From NCBI RefSeq assembly GCF_009914755.1, contig NC_060927.1: 64,000 nucleotides of DNA. One strand, 5' to 3'. The notes under the pieces were generated by a model. That model searched no databases and was not told the DNA's origin. It saw only the letters and a list, made by a program, of their open reading frames with translations. Below are positions 27,992-40,072 of the stretch, piece by piece (position 1 is the first letter of the stretch; each line of letters begins with the position of its first letter). Made by a program: the position numbers and the translations under genes. The stretch is from the human T2T-CHM13v2.0 reference genome, Homo sapiens.

Positions 27992-30229
27992 TTAGGACAT
28001 ATCTATTTTGATAGTGATGATGAAAGACAGCATATCATATGTGGTGCTTTGCATTTTGCCTTTGTTCTCCCTACCTTTCTTCCTCATCTCCACAACCTGA
28101 ATTGTTACTGTGTTCAACTCTAAACTAAAGAAATAAGAAACAGCGTGAATATAAAGTGATATAGCAATTATTTTACTTGCTTTCTTCATGGTAAATAGTT
28201 TACAGCATTGTTGATTAATTTCCTGTAGCTTAATTTGCAAACTATTGACAACCTTCTCTAAATGCTACCCATAAAATTATGTTTAAAATAGTATTTCCAC
28301 TAAAAAAAGATAGTAACTTTTATTTTGTGCATTTATATATAGTCTCTTCTTTCTCCTTCCATCCTTCAAACTGTAACAGTTGAAATTTGGCCAGAATATT
28401 TATTAACCAAATGTTGAAGAAAAGATATTTGTTGAAAATAGTTTGGGTTATTTACAAAAATGAAAGAAATTGAAACAGATCAAAATGAAATGGCAGTGGA
28501 AGAGTCCGGTTAGTCTGGTGAGCAGAAAGCTGAAGTAGGGTTGATTTCCTGGCACTGCTTTCTCAGCAAAGAGAACAATTTTAATCAGTTACAAAAATAT
28601 TTGTGATCCATATGTTCCTCTCTGCTCATTCCCATATGCCCATTTTCTCTTTTATCTTGGTAGATGATGACTTTATGATTCAGGCATGCAAGAATAATAC
28701 CTCGCTGACTTTAGAGCTCGGTGCTATTTCAAAACGTGTCCTGGTAATTACGCATACACATATATCCAGGCTGTCCCTGCTTTGAGTTAGTTATGTGAAT
28801 ATCAGTTTGTTCTTTCTCTCTTCCTGGAAAGAATTATATCTTGCATCCTCCTACTGAGGCTGGAATAATGCATCTAAGACTTAGTTTTGGAAATTACATT
28901 GCTGTTCACCTGCTGAGTGAACTGTACAAATATGAGGGTCTTAAAGAGAAATCAAAAGAGTTTCTGTGATCCTTGAGAACTTCATTCAACTTGGAAAAAG
29001 TACAACAGAATCCAGAATGCTTTTCGTAACCATCACTGACATTTATGCTAAGACATATTAGATAATGGGCTTCTTAGTTAAATAGTTTCTAATTTTTAAG
29101 ACACGATGATTTCTATTTAATATTGAGTATTATAGTAGCTATGGTGAAACTGATCAAAATTGAAAAACTAAAATTACTATTGATTAGCAATCCACTTTTT
29201 TCCTAAATGCATGTCTAGCTCTCAAAAGCCATATAATTTCCAAAAATGGAAGAAACATAGTTTAAAGTCTAATCATCCATCTTCATAAAACATGAATAAA
29301 TCCAGAAACTATTGACTGTACTACTGATTGCATTTTCAACAGTTGCTTTCCCCTTGCACAACAAATGGCTTTGTAACCCAATATGTTATTAATATAGCCA
29401 CAGTAAAATCCTGTAAGGAACCAGCTGTGCTCATTTAAACTTGGGAGAAGAGGGTAGCAAGGAGGAGGGAGAGAGGGTTTCTAACTCTCAAACTACGTAA
29501 CTGGGATGCATTTAGTGTTTTCATAGATAGGTATGTGTTGGAAGAGGTGTGCATGCTGTTGGATTTAGCCGTTGTGCACCAGAATAGCGTTATAGGGAAA
29601 AGGAAGAGATGCAGCCTGATTTGGGCAAATATTATTAGGAGCCCGTCTCTGTGTTTGCATTCAAGCTGTCTTTGCCGCTGCTCCTGTAGGAGTTGTGAGA
29701 AAGAGAAAGTGCACATTATAGCGTGGATTGTTTTCAACAGGCTTGAAGTTTGCAAATCTGTTGAATCCCTCTGTCAGTGTTTCTTTGCTGTCAAACAGAA
29801 TGCCCAGCTGGCAGTGGCAATCCCGATGGGGAGGGAGGGCTATGGATAGATTGTGTTCACCCTGCAACAAGAATATTAGGAATTCTTCTTCCCAAACTAT
29901 AAGTAGAGAGAAAAGAGCTTTCTCAGCCATGCCATTATAAAAGTTTTCTTCTTCTTTTTTTTAACTTTTATAGAGAATGTTTCATTAAATCAAAACCTTT
30001 CTGTACACTTTATTCAGGTAGCTTTCATAAAGAGAGAAACCACATAAACAACATTAAAATGTATAATGTAATCTATAATTAAGACAAAGGCTTTGGTTAG
30101 AAAAAGAGGCAAGACTTTTGCTCATAGGTGATCCTGATCCTCATTGAGGCAAACACACAAGCTTTTTTTTTTTTTTAATACAAAGTGCGAGATTTCACTA
30201 AAAAAGGTTAAAATTGAAGTGAGTAATCT

Positions 30230-30387
30230 TCGGTGCATAATGCAATTGTTAATTTTAGCTCCTTGCGTGGGTGCCGTTCTGACTTGAACAGCCGGCTGTA
30301 GCCTTCATTAGAGAAGAAGCAGGCAGCTTGAGACAGGTGGAGCTGGATCAAGCTGTGAACGTGATTTGCTGGAAGCTGGTCATTAGT
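30230..30387 (+). promoter_or_regulatory. Candidate proximal promoter / short first exon spliced via an 85-nt intron to 30473
   Basis: Local CpG increase, CAGGTG E-box at 30334-30339, weak donor AGT|gttaga at 30387/30388; inference only. Confidence 0.35.
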
Positions 30388-30472
30388 GTTAGAAACCCCG
30401 TCTTATTTATTTCATCCTTCACCCTACCATGATTATTGCAATTATTATTATTTATTTTTCATCTTTTTTCAG

Positions 30473-30646
30473 GTTGACGATGTGTCACACTGTGTAAGGG
30501 AATCGCATGGAGATGGGCATTCCGAACTGTTAATGGGGACATGGGACTCCAGTTGTCTCTGATCACTTGTGTGGATTTTCCTGGCGTAGAACGACAGAAG
30601 CCGCTAGTAAGTCGCCAAGACCTACAGCAGGAATTCTGCACCAAAG
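30473..30646 (+). other. ARPP21: ARPP21 non-coding 5'UTR exon (174 nt) with several upstream ATGs
   Basis: Strong acceptor tttttcatcttttttcag|G and donor AAG|gtaaag; higher GC/CpG than flanks; 1.75 kb upstream of the ATG exon. Confidence 0.8.
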
Positions 30647-31511
30647 GTAAAGGTCTTGTTGTCTGGCTGTCATCTCATCTGCATTTTAGATTTATTATTA
30701 TATAAATGTGCCTGCTTGCATCCAGCAGTTCACTGAATGTAACCATGACAGGATCTGTATCAGAGACTCATTTGGCTTGTAGTTTGGAGAATTAGAGCTC
30801 AATTTGTTCACTCCATTTTAAATCTGGTCATGTTCTGTTTTTTACTTAAATACTCTAAAAAACAAGTTAGGGCAACAGAAGTCCCCTATCCAATGCACTG
30901 AGAAACAAGCTGTTTGCCAGTGGAAAATGGAACTTTTTATTTTGTTAACCACGCATACTGAGTGCCACTGAAATATAAGAAATCCGTCAGAATGCACTGG
31001 ATGAAATATCCTAAAACCTCCCAAAACCTGAATGCATTGCTTACTAGTCACTTTACAGACTCAAACTACCATCCTTTTGGAAAACCTCCTTTTGCATTCC
31101 CACAATCCTTTGCTGAATAAGCCTGTGTATTTTAAAGATATCATTAGATACCATCTGTTTTGTCATGGTAGATTTTAGCAAAATTTCTGTGGTTTGTATT
31201 TTTCTCATACTTCCTATTTTCAGTTGGAAATAAAGTTACTGAATTAGTAAATGGTAATTGAATACTCCCAAAGAAACATATTAAAACTCTTATTTGTCTA
31301 GTAATAATTACCATTGTAATGACTGGGAATGGGACAGTTATTGCTTGGGATTTTTTTGAAAAGAACTAACTTTCTAAGCTACAGCGCCTCTCTCTGCTTC
31401 TCCTTCTCCTTCTTCTTTCTTTTTACTTTCTTCTTCTCTCTCTCCCCCTCTTCCTTCCTCCTCCTCCCTCCTTCTCTTTCTTCTTTTTTTTTCTTTCTAT
31501 TTTTCTCACAG

Positions 31512-31856
31512 CTTAAAAAAGTGAGGAGGAAGTAAATGCTAAATTATTCATGAGCCTCATTTGACAGCACATCAGAAGGGGAAGTGTCAGGGGTTTTATA
31601 AAGGTAGGGAGAAAAAAATAATAACAGATTTTAACTCTGAAAAGCCATTTCCAGTGTCTATAGACTATTGTGAGCCTGGAGAAGTAGCATTTAGTTGGGA
31701 TAGCTTCACTAGAGCTGCCTGCCAAAGACTTCCTTCCACAGGATCTTGTCGCACCAGCAACTGACAGGAGCTTGGGAGCTCGGGAGCTTGGGAGAGGGCT
31801 TATGTTTTTAATAATGTAGCTGTCAGTTCGAAGCCTGGAAATGTTGACCCTCAAAG
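31512..31856 (+). other. ARPP21: Probable alternative 5'UTR exon of ARPP21 (5' end uncertain: acceptor 31511, acceptor 31741 or a TSS)
   Basis: ~125-nt pyrimidine tract ending cacag at 31511; donor AAG|gtttat at 31856/31857 (weak); ends in CAAAG like the 30473 exon. Confidence 0.5.
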
Positions 31857-32437
31857 GTTTATTGCCAAAATTAGATACCATATTTATGCTGAATTATTAC
31901 CTTTTCAATAGTTTTTTTTGACCTTGCAGACTACTGTATTCTTTATACCTAGGGAAGCATGTCTATGTTTGGAACCTGCAAATAATTTTTCAGTCATCTT
32001 AGAGATGCTGCAGAACATCAATGCCACATCTTGAGTCAGAAGTCGAGGGTCATTTGTTCAAAAGTTGGAGAAATATCCTCTTTTGTTGCTTCTTCTACTC
32101 TGTAGTGGAGAATGGGGAACTGGTAGTTGTGTGGGAGTTATGTGTCTCTAAGATTTGTCGACCCATTTTGATGGCAAGGTGTATTCACAAGTGTGTGTAA
32201 AGGGGGTGTGGATGGGACAACTGCATCTGCCTCTTGTGCATGCCTTGGGTACTTGATTTCATCTTGTTTTTTCCCCCTTTTGTATAAAATTCTCAAAATT
32301 GCTCATTTGGATTTGAATATGAAAGGAGAAATGAAATCTCTAAAGAATGATAGTAAATACCTTGCACTGACTTTATTTTCTGATATCTTAACCTTCTAGG
32401 GCATAAAATCTTGTTATTTTAATTTGCATCTGGGAGA

Positions 32438-32566
32438 ATGTCTGAGCAAGGAGACCTGAATCAGGCAATAGCAGAGGAAGGAGGGACTGAGCAGGAGACG
32501 GCCACTCCAGAGAACGGCATTGTTAAATCAGAAAGTCTGGATGAAGAGGAGAAACTGGAACTGCAG
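32438..32566 (+). CDS. ARPP21: ARPP21 first coding exon, aa 1-43 (MSEQGDLNQAIAEEGGTEQETATPENGIVKSESLDEEEKLELQ); exon starts at 32400
   Basis: Recognised ARPP-21 N-terminus; acceptor ccttctag|G at 32399/32400, ATG at 32438 with A at -3, donor CAG|gtgagt at 32566/32567, phase 0. Confidence 0.97.
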
Positions 32567-33533
32567 GTGAGTGAGCATGAAGAGACCCTGACTCTCATAC
32601 AACTGTGTGCAGCTCCCTTCTTTTATTTTCAGAATACTTTAGAGATTTATTTTTTAAAGAGTTTCACTGGTTATATCATTAGGAAATGCTAGTCTCCTAC
32701 TTTTTCAATTTTTGTCACTTTTTGTCCTAACCCAACCGTGCTCTAAAATGTGTTTTGTGGGGAAAAAAGTCATAGGAAAGTATTTATTTTCTGAATTTGC
32801 ACACAGCATCCCCTTACCAATTTCCAGAACACCTCAAGGTGTACATAGAGGGCTTCTCCCAAGGCAGCTTTAGACTAGCTGAGTTTTAAAAATGAATTTG
32901 CTATTCTGTGGAAAGATGAAGACTCAATTCATGGTAAACTAAGAAAAATCAAAGGCAGGTGTTCCTTTGACTTTCATGGGCATGCTAAGGCTCAAATCTT
33001 AGTAGCAAACAAGCTAAACCCTAGAATTCCCAGCCAAAGAGAGAGTACTTGAAGGAGGAAAAAAGACTGGGAGTGATTAAAGGAAATGAAAAAGTGCTGT
33101 GAAACATATCATGATTTACAAGGGAAAGAGATTCGGTAGAAGGAAAGCAAACTGCACTTACAAATAGCTTGTAAGTATTGATTTTCTTTTAACTAAACTA
33201 CAGAAGTGTTAACTCTTTATATACCAACAGTTAACAAAGGCAGATAACTGCATGATGGCCAAAAAACTTCAAAGCTGGCTTTTCCTTGTCCCCTTTCCAA
33301 TAGTTGTTATAAACAGAAAAGAGCTAAAAGTTAGTCAAAAGTTTTTTAAAGCTAGGGAAGGAGGAGTCCTCCCTAATGGTTGTGATGTTCTGTTGCTATT
33401 ATTATTGACTTCTCTACTGTAGCCGGTAGTGACATTTTTCTCTCTTTCTTTCTCTCTCTCTCTCGGTTGTTGATTTACTGTTCGTTTTTGTTTGTTTTAT
33501 TTTATTTTGTTTTATTTTCTTTCCAACATACAG

Positions 33534-33575
33534 AGGCGGCTGGAGGCTCAGAATCAAGAAAGAAGAAAATCCAAG
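33534..33575 (+). CDS. ARPP21: ARPP21 coding exon 2, aa 44-57 (RRLEAQNQERRKSK), contains PKA site RRKS (Ser56, codon 33570-33572)
   Basis: U-rich tract plus tacag|AGG acceptor, AAG|gtaggg donor, 42 nt, phase 0-0, in frame with flanking exons. Confidence 0.96.
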
Positions 33576-33820
33576 GTAGGGTTCTTAACATTCTAGGTAG
33601 ACCTGATATCATGGGTATAAATTACATATTTTACATCAGAGTTAAAGGATTTGCCAGCATTTCAGATGATTGTGTCCAGATATTGTGGGGCATCTCGGCT
33701 GTACTGGTGCTGGCTGTTTTTGATGGGGTTATGTTTATGCATGTCTTACTTTATGGCACTGCATATTTTTTAGTTAGAGGATTTAGTGTTCAAATAGCTG
33801 CAAATGTATGTATTTGATCC

Positions 33821-33931
33821 TGTGTTCACACTTAAGAGATTTGACAGTACTTTACAAAACAAATGACCACTTGTTTTGTGTTCACACTTAGAGATTTGAC
33901 AGTATTTTACAAAACAAATGACCATTTGTTT
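33821..33931 (+). repeat. 56/55-bp tandem duplication
   Basis: tgtgttcacactta(a)gagatttgacagta(c/t)tttacaaaacaaatgacca(c/t)ttgttt twice. Confidence 0.95.
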
Positions 33932-34411
33932 TGTTTTTATTTTAAATAAAATTTAGAGTAGAAATTTTATTCTCACTACTTGATTTCTGCCTTGAAGTAA
34001 ACAGATACTACTGTTTAGTACACACTCTTCATCCTTTTAACCATCTTCTCAGTCAAATCTCCTGCAAACTTAGTTTTAGTAAAAATTAATTTTATCACTT
34101 TTTCCTCCTGATATTTTCATGAAATGACAGCAATTCATTCTTCCTATGTTCCCAATGTGATGCACACAATTTACTAAAAGTATTTTTTTTAATTTATCTA
34201 TTCACATTCTTCTTTACTTCTATCCCCATCAATACAGAGGTATGATGCTTTGAGCCAATGTAGACAGTACTGATTGGCAGACTTGAAGTTTGGTTTTAAA
34301 AATCTCATTTGGGGAAGTTATGTAAATGTGGAGATGATTTGGCAGTCTGAGAATGCTTCCTGTTTGTTTTCTTTATTTTCCTTTCCTTCCCTTTTCTTTC
34401 CCCCCTCCTAG

Positions 34412-34501
34412 TCAGGAGCAGGAAAAGGTAAACTGACTCGCAGTCTTGCTGTCTGTGAGGAATCTTCTGCCAGACCAGGAGGTGAAAGTCTTCAGGATCA
34501 G
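34412..34501 (+). CDS. ARPP21: ARPP21 coding exon 3, aa 58-87 (SGAGKGKLTRSLAVCEESSARPGGESLQDQ)
   Basis: Strong polypyrimidine tract plus cctag|TCA acceptor, CAG|gtatat donor, 90 nt, phase 0-0. Confidence 0.96.
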
Positions 34502-34706
34502 GTATATCCCCTTGCCATTATCATTAATTGCATGAATGGGATCCACCTTTGTGTGCATGACTCTTAATTTGGTGTTAAACAGTGTTTTGGGGGAGAAAAA
34601 TATAATTGAAGAAAATAATTCATTTTTTGGCTTTATCCCCTGCTTATGCAACATTCTAAAATAGTTTAATGGTTTGTCACAGAGTATTAAATTTGTTTTT
34701 TTCCAG

Positions 34707-34715
34707 ACTCTCTGA
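34707..34715 (+). CDS. ARPP21: Coding part of the short-isoform terminal exon (TL-stop), completing the 89-aa ARPP-21/RCS calmodulin regulator
   Basis: ttttttccag|ACT CTC TGA; 43+14+30+2 = 89 aa, matching the known short protein ending in QDQTL. Confidence 0.9.
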   Translation, partial: TL

Positions 34716-36560
34716 AAACTGCAAATGGAAAGGAATTCAAAAGAATTTAGATTAAAAGTTAAATAAAAAGTAGGCACAGTAGTGCTGAATTTTCCTCAAA
34801 GGCTCTCTTTTGATAAGGCTGAACCAAATATAATCCCAAGTATCCTCTCTCCTTCCTTGTTGGAGATGTCTTACCTCTCAGCTCCCCAAAATGCACTTGC
34901 CTATAAGAAACACAATTGCTGGTTCATATGAAACTTAGGAAATAGTGAATAAGGTGCATTTAACTTTGGAGAAATACTTTTATGGCTTTGGTGGAGATTT
35001 CTCAATACTGCAAAAGTTGTCCAGAAATGAATCTGAGCTGATGGTGACTTTAAGTTAATATTATTAATATATCACTGCATATTTTTACCCTTATTTTTGC
35101 TCCTTACAGCAAGATTAGTAGGTTATAAAAATTTAAATTTAAACAAAATTATTTCATGACAAAATGGGAAACTTCACATCATACTTATTTTTGTTTGCCT
35201 TTCAGGCATCATATTAGCTTTTATAAAAAATGGTCTTGCTGCTGAAATTGTACTTATTTTATCAGAGGCTGGGTGCAGTCAAGACAAAAGTAAAATGGTT
35301 TACCTGAGCCCAGGGGAGGGAAAATTGATTAAGATATCATTATTTTTGTTTGGTTTGGTTTTGCTTTTTTCCTCTTACTTTAATTGAAATACTCTGAATT
35401 CCCCTCATGGAAACAGAGAGCATTGAGAGCACTTTCTTTAAAAGGACCAAAAATAAATTCCTAATAGATTTTGTCCTAAGAGAGTGTTTTTTTTTCTAGC
35501 ATCATTTTCTTTACATGCCACTCATGTCATAAGGCATGGACAGGCTATCTTTCAGTGGCCATTACTATGTTTCGTACACATGCTTTATTTTACTTGGGCT
35601 CTGAGAAATGTGTGGCTTTCCTTCAGCATTTTATTTGTGCTTCTCTTTTTAATGGAGATTGAAAAGGGAGAATAATGTGAATATCACGGCTTATATTATT
35701 AAATGTTGATTGATGGCTTGTAATGTACTGCACACAATATATGTTAACTCTGCAGAATGACAGACCCTGGGAGAAGTAATGCCCCAGTTGTCCCCCACTC
35801 CTAATGCCAGGCAGAGAAGGACAGCCTTTATAGACTTAATCTGCTTTTTGTCCCATTTGACAAGGTACCAGGAGGAAATTTTTTAAGGGATCAACTGTAT
35901 CACAGTGCCCACTCTGGACCTAAGTCTAGTGTATCCATACAATTGGTGCAGAGAAATAAGGTGTAAATGGTGCTTTGTTCCTGCTGGTTCCAAGCTCAGA
36001 AACCAAGACTAGCTTTGTAGGAGAGAATGAGAGCCTGCAAGCCTCTCTTTGGATTGGCTGAGGAGTGGTGGGAGCAGGGGGTTGATAGAAAACATCCAGA
36101 CACACATATAAGCAAGTGGCCGTGCTACCTTTTTAGAGAATAAAGAAACAGACTTTTGAGTTTATATGCAATGCCTTCATTAGGTACCACCGGCACTTAC
36201 AAAATGTGCGGACTGAATCCCAGAGAACACTGGCAGATGTATACAGTATATGGATTGTATCGCTTCCCCAATGTTTGTAAATTCACAGTATTTGGAAAAC
36301 TGCCTTCATTTTCCAGTGTGGGAAAAACTCTTGCTACCTGTATTACTTGATCTCAGACCCATACCTGATGGTTCAGTCTGTCCTTAAGTTAAAAGAATTT
36401 TGCTTTTCTAATGTTATATTATTTACCTGTCAGTGTATTACTGCAACTTGAATCACTCTTTTACTGTTGTTGGATATAAACTTATCCTGTACCAATGTAT
36501 TTATTAACACTTGTATTTTATTATTGAGCATATCAATAAAAATATTAAAAAATAACAGAT
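34716..36560 (+). other. ARPP21: 3'UTR of the short ARPP21 isoform (end approximate)
   Basis: U-rich sequence after the TGA, with AATAAA at 34762, 35452, 36139 and 36535; the last has the best flanking elements. Confidence 0.65.
36535..36540 (+). terminator. Polyadenylation signal of the short isoform
   Basis: AATAAA preceded by TGTA (CFIm-type) motifs at 36434, 36488, 36496 and 36512, followed by GU/U-rich sequence (tgtttttt, ttttgtgtgttcttt). Confidence 0.65.
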
Positions 36561-38424
36561 TGTTTTTTACCAACTCTATAGCACTTTTGTGTGTTCTTTC
36601 AACACCGTAATATATATGCATAGAAAAGATATTTTTTTTCCTGAGTATAGTATTTGTCAACACATGGCATCAGTTTGTACATTTTTTTATAGTGGATATT
36701 CTTTAGCCTCTGCTCATGCATTTATAATATATGTCCAAGCCTCTATGATTTTAGATTCATACATACAGAGGCTGGTTGTTTCAGTCAGTTTTGAAGAAGC
36801 AATGAGATGACCTTCGTGGCCTGGGAGCCCTCAGTTTCCCTTGATGATTAACTGTCAAACTGAATCTTCCCCACCTCAGCCACGTCTTCTGGACCAGAAA
36901 TGTCCCAGTGATTTCTTTAGCAAGTAGAAGCAAATCCTATCCCTAGAACCTGCCTGAACCTTTGCATATTAAGACATTTCTGTCCCAAACTGCAATAAAT
37001 GACTCTATAATCAAATTACACTCAGGTTTTACAAAGTTTATATATGTACATCCCCAGGAAAAATGTGTTGAAGTTGGAAAACTCAGCTAAGATATTTATG
37101 ATGAAAGTATGTTTTATTTCATCATTTATATTGCGTGACATTATAAGCATAGTGAAACAGGGAGTTCACAGTGGAGCCCCTTCCATAAAAGAAACTTAGC
37201 TTCAGAGAACTTTTCTTTATGCTTGTTAGATTAGCCAGGTTTACTGAGAACCATTAAGAATCCCAAATTTGAGAGGGTACAAGCATCAATTTAGTCACAT
37301 GTAGTGTGAGCATTAGTTTAATTTTCAGTGAGAGACATTATTAGTCATTGGGATTATTTTTTCCTACATCATAAATTTTAATGTCACTAGTGGAAGAAAG
37401 CTTTGCCATCAAATGATCTCTTACATAAGAATAAGTGGGCTTAACGTTGGTTAATTTGTCATAGTTTTAATCATAGCATAGGTTTTACATAAAACTGAAA
37501 AATATGATTTGGCTCATTCTTCTTCAAAACAGTGAACATACTATCAATCAAATTGCTGATATATGTGAGTTAATACAAAATAATCTATTTTCAGTGCAAA
37601 ATAAATAAGAATAAAAGTGGATCCAGTCCCAATGCTGTAAATGGCCAATCTTAAATCAAACATCATTTCAAGACAATATTATATTTTGGAAAGGACTAAC
37701 TGATGCTAAAATAAAATAATATTAAATTTTATATATTATTTATGAAAAATATAATTCTACTTCCTACCTTTTCTAAAAGGCAATGCTTATTGTAACTATT
37801 CATTATAATGATTTATTAGTAGTATTTATAAACAATTATAATAAGTTTATACCTAGAATTCCTGCAATTCTATAGTCTGCTTTTTCATAGTAGTAGAAAT
37901 CATTGTTGACCTGGGTCTAAAATTGAGTTTTTAATTGTAAATTCAGTAATAGGGGCTTTCTTTATGTCTGTTCTATTTGTAATTATGATTCCTAGTATAT
38001 GTCTGTCTTTGTGCCAATTTCCCCTTATAAGGAATTATAGAATAGAACTACGGAGGACTTTTTTTTTTTAATACAATGGCTGTGATGAGAGCTTACTGAT
38101 AAAGAAATTTTTTCTAGATGTTTAAAAATAAACCTGTAGAAAAAAATAAGTATTGTGATCTACAGGAATTCAACTTGGTTAAGGTTAATATTCATAAGGC
38201 AAAGTTTTAGTACTAGATGTTCCTTATGACCTCCCATTGACTCCTGAAGATTAAGTCATTTTAAAGGGCAATTAATTTCCTGACAGGTTTAATTTTTACC
38301 ATTTAGAAAAAAAAAATCTGCACCTGGTTTTCATTTTTCTATACTTTATAACCTCTATGCAAAATGGGAGCCAGACAGAGATGATTAAACCTGGCCCTAA
38401 ATTATTATATTTTTTCCCCAACAG

Positions 38425-38569
38425 GAATCAATTCATTTACAGCTTTCCAGTTTTTCCAGCCTGCAAGAGGAGGATAAATCTAGGAAAGATGACTCTGAAA
38501 GAGAAAAAGAAAAGGATAAAAACAAAGATAAAACCTCTGAAAAACCCAAGATCAGAATGTTATCAAAAG
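38425..38569 (+). CDS. ARPP21: ARPP21 long-isoform exon, aa 88-135 (ESIHLQLSSFSSLQEEDKSRKDDSEREKEKDKNKDKTSEKPKIRMLSK)
   Basis: ttccccaacag|GAA acceptor, AAG|gtgaat donor, 145 nt, phase 0-1, open in frame. Confidence 0.94.
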
Positions 38570-39595
38570 GTGAATGTGAAAATATTTCCTTAACTTACTC
38601 AATTTGGGCACACACATAGTCACAGAACACATTCTAGATTTCACATGCATATTCACCTCCCACCAAACCCTGCATATGATTCTATACGTGTACGTATCTG
38701 TGTGTGTGTAAAAAATGTGAACTTGATTTTCTTTCTGTTTATAGTGTCATTACTTGTGTTGCTAGACAGGTTATTTTTAGGATCACATATTTCTTTGGAT
38801 TCACATTTTAATCTTCTGTTTTCAGTGACAAGCTTGTACAAGGAATAAATATAAATCTGCCCTAAATTTAGGTTTCTTGGACCGATTAACTTGGATTGGT
38901 GAACAGTAATGATACCAAGTTTGATATCTTAACTCTCATGTTTATCTTAAAAGACAGAGAGTGGATTAGCAATTCTCAGTTCATAAGTGATATGGTCCCC
39001 AAAGTACAGATGTATATGTCAACGGAATACATGATTCACATTTTATCTGGCTCAGAATTTAGTCTCTGAACCCATCTACTATCAAGTAATGTTTATTTAA
39101 GAAATACCCACTTCTACTTCAATAAATCACTGTGCAAAAAGTCATACATTTACAAACTCAAAACCTACAGTCCAAACTGTCCAAATTTTTGCCATACCTA
39201 TCATGGTACAAAACAAAACTAAGTTGAAATGAAGAGTACCATGAGTAAACAGGCTTGCAGTAGACTTAAACAAACAAACAAACAAACTGGACAACTGGGA
39301 AAGAATAGAGCATCTGGTCAACTGAGAAATGACAACCGCCTCTAACAGTTATGTGTTCTATAACCATACATCTGCTTATAATTGTTGTTTCTGCTGAGGA
39401 ATATCTAAAATCCAAGGTGTATATGACAGTAAAGAAGTTCAGGTTTCTAAAACAGTTTTAGAAATTAAGCTTTGGACAGCATTAGGATATTTAAAAGTCT
39501 TGGGAATATTTAGTGTCCTCCTGTATTTTGTACCGATTAATAGATAGTCTCATAACAGAACATTCATTTTTTTTTTTTTGCCTTCTTTGTTTTAA

Positions 39596-40072
<477 letters not shown>

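Noticed and set aside
30488-30494. miR-128 seed match CACTGTG in the 5'UTR exon
   Set aside because: A single 7-mer outside a 3'UTR is expected by chance; none was seen in the short 3'UTR.
34502-34512. GTATATCCCC donor resembling a U12-type 5' splice site
   Set aside because: Does not match RTATCCTT, and no U12 branch motif was seen before the acceptors; treated as a weak U2 donor.
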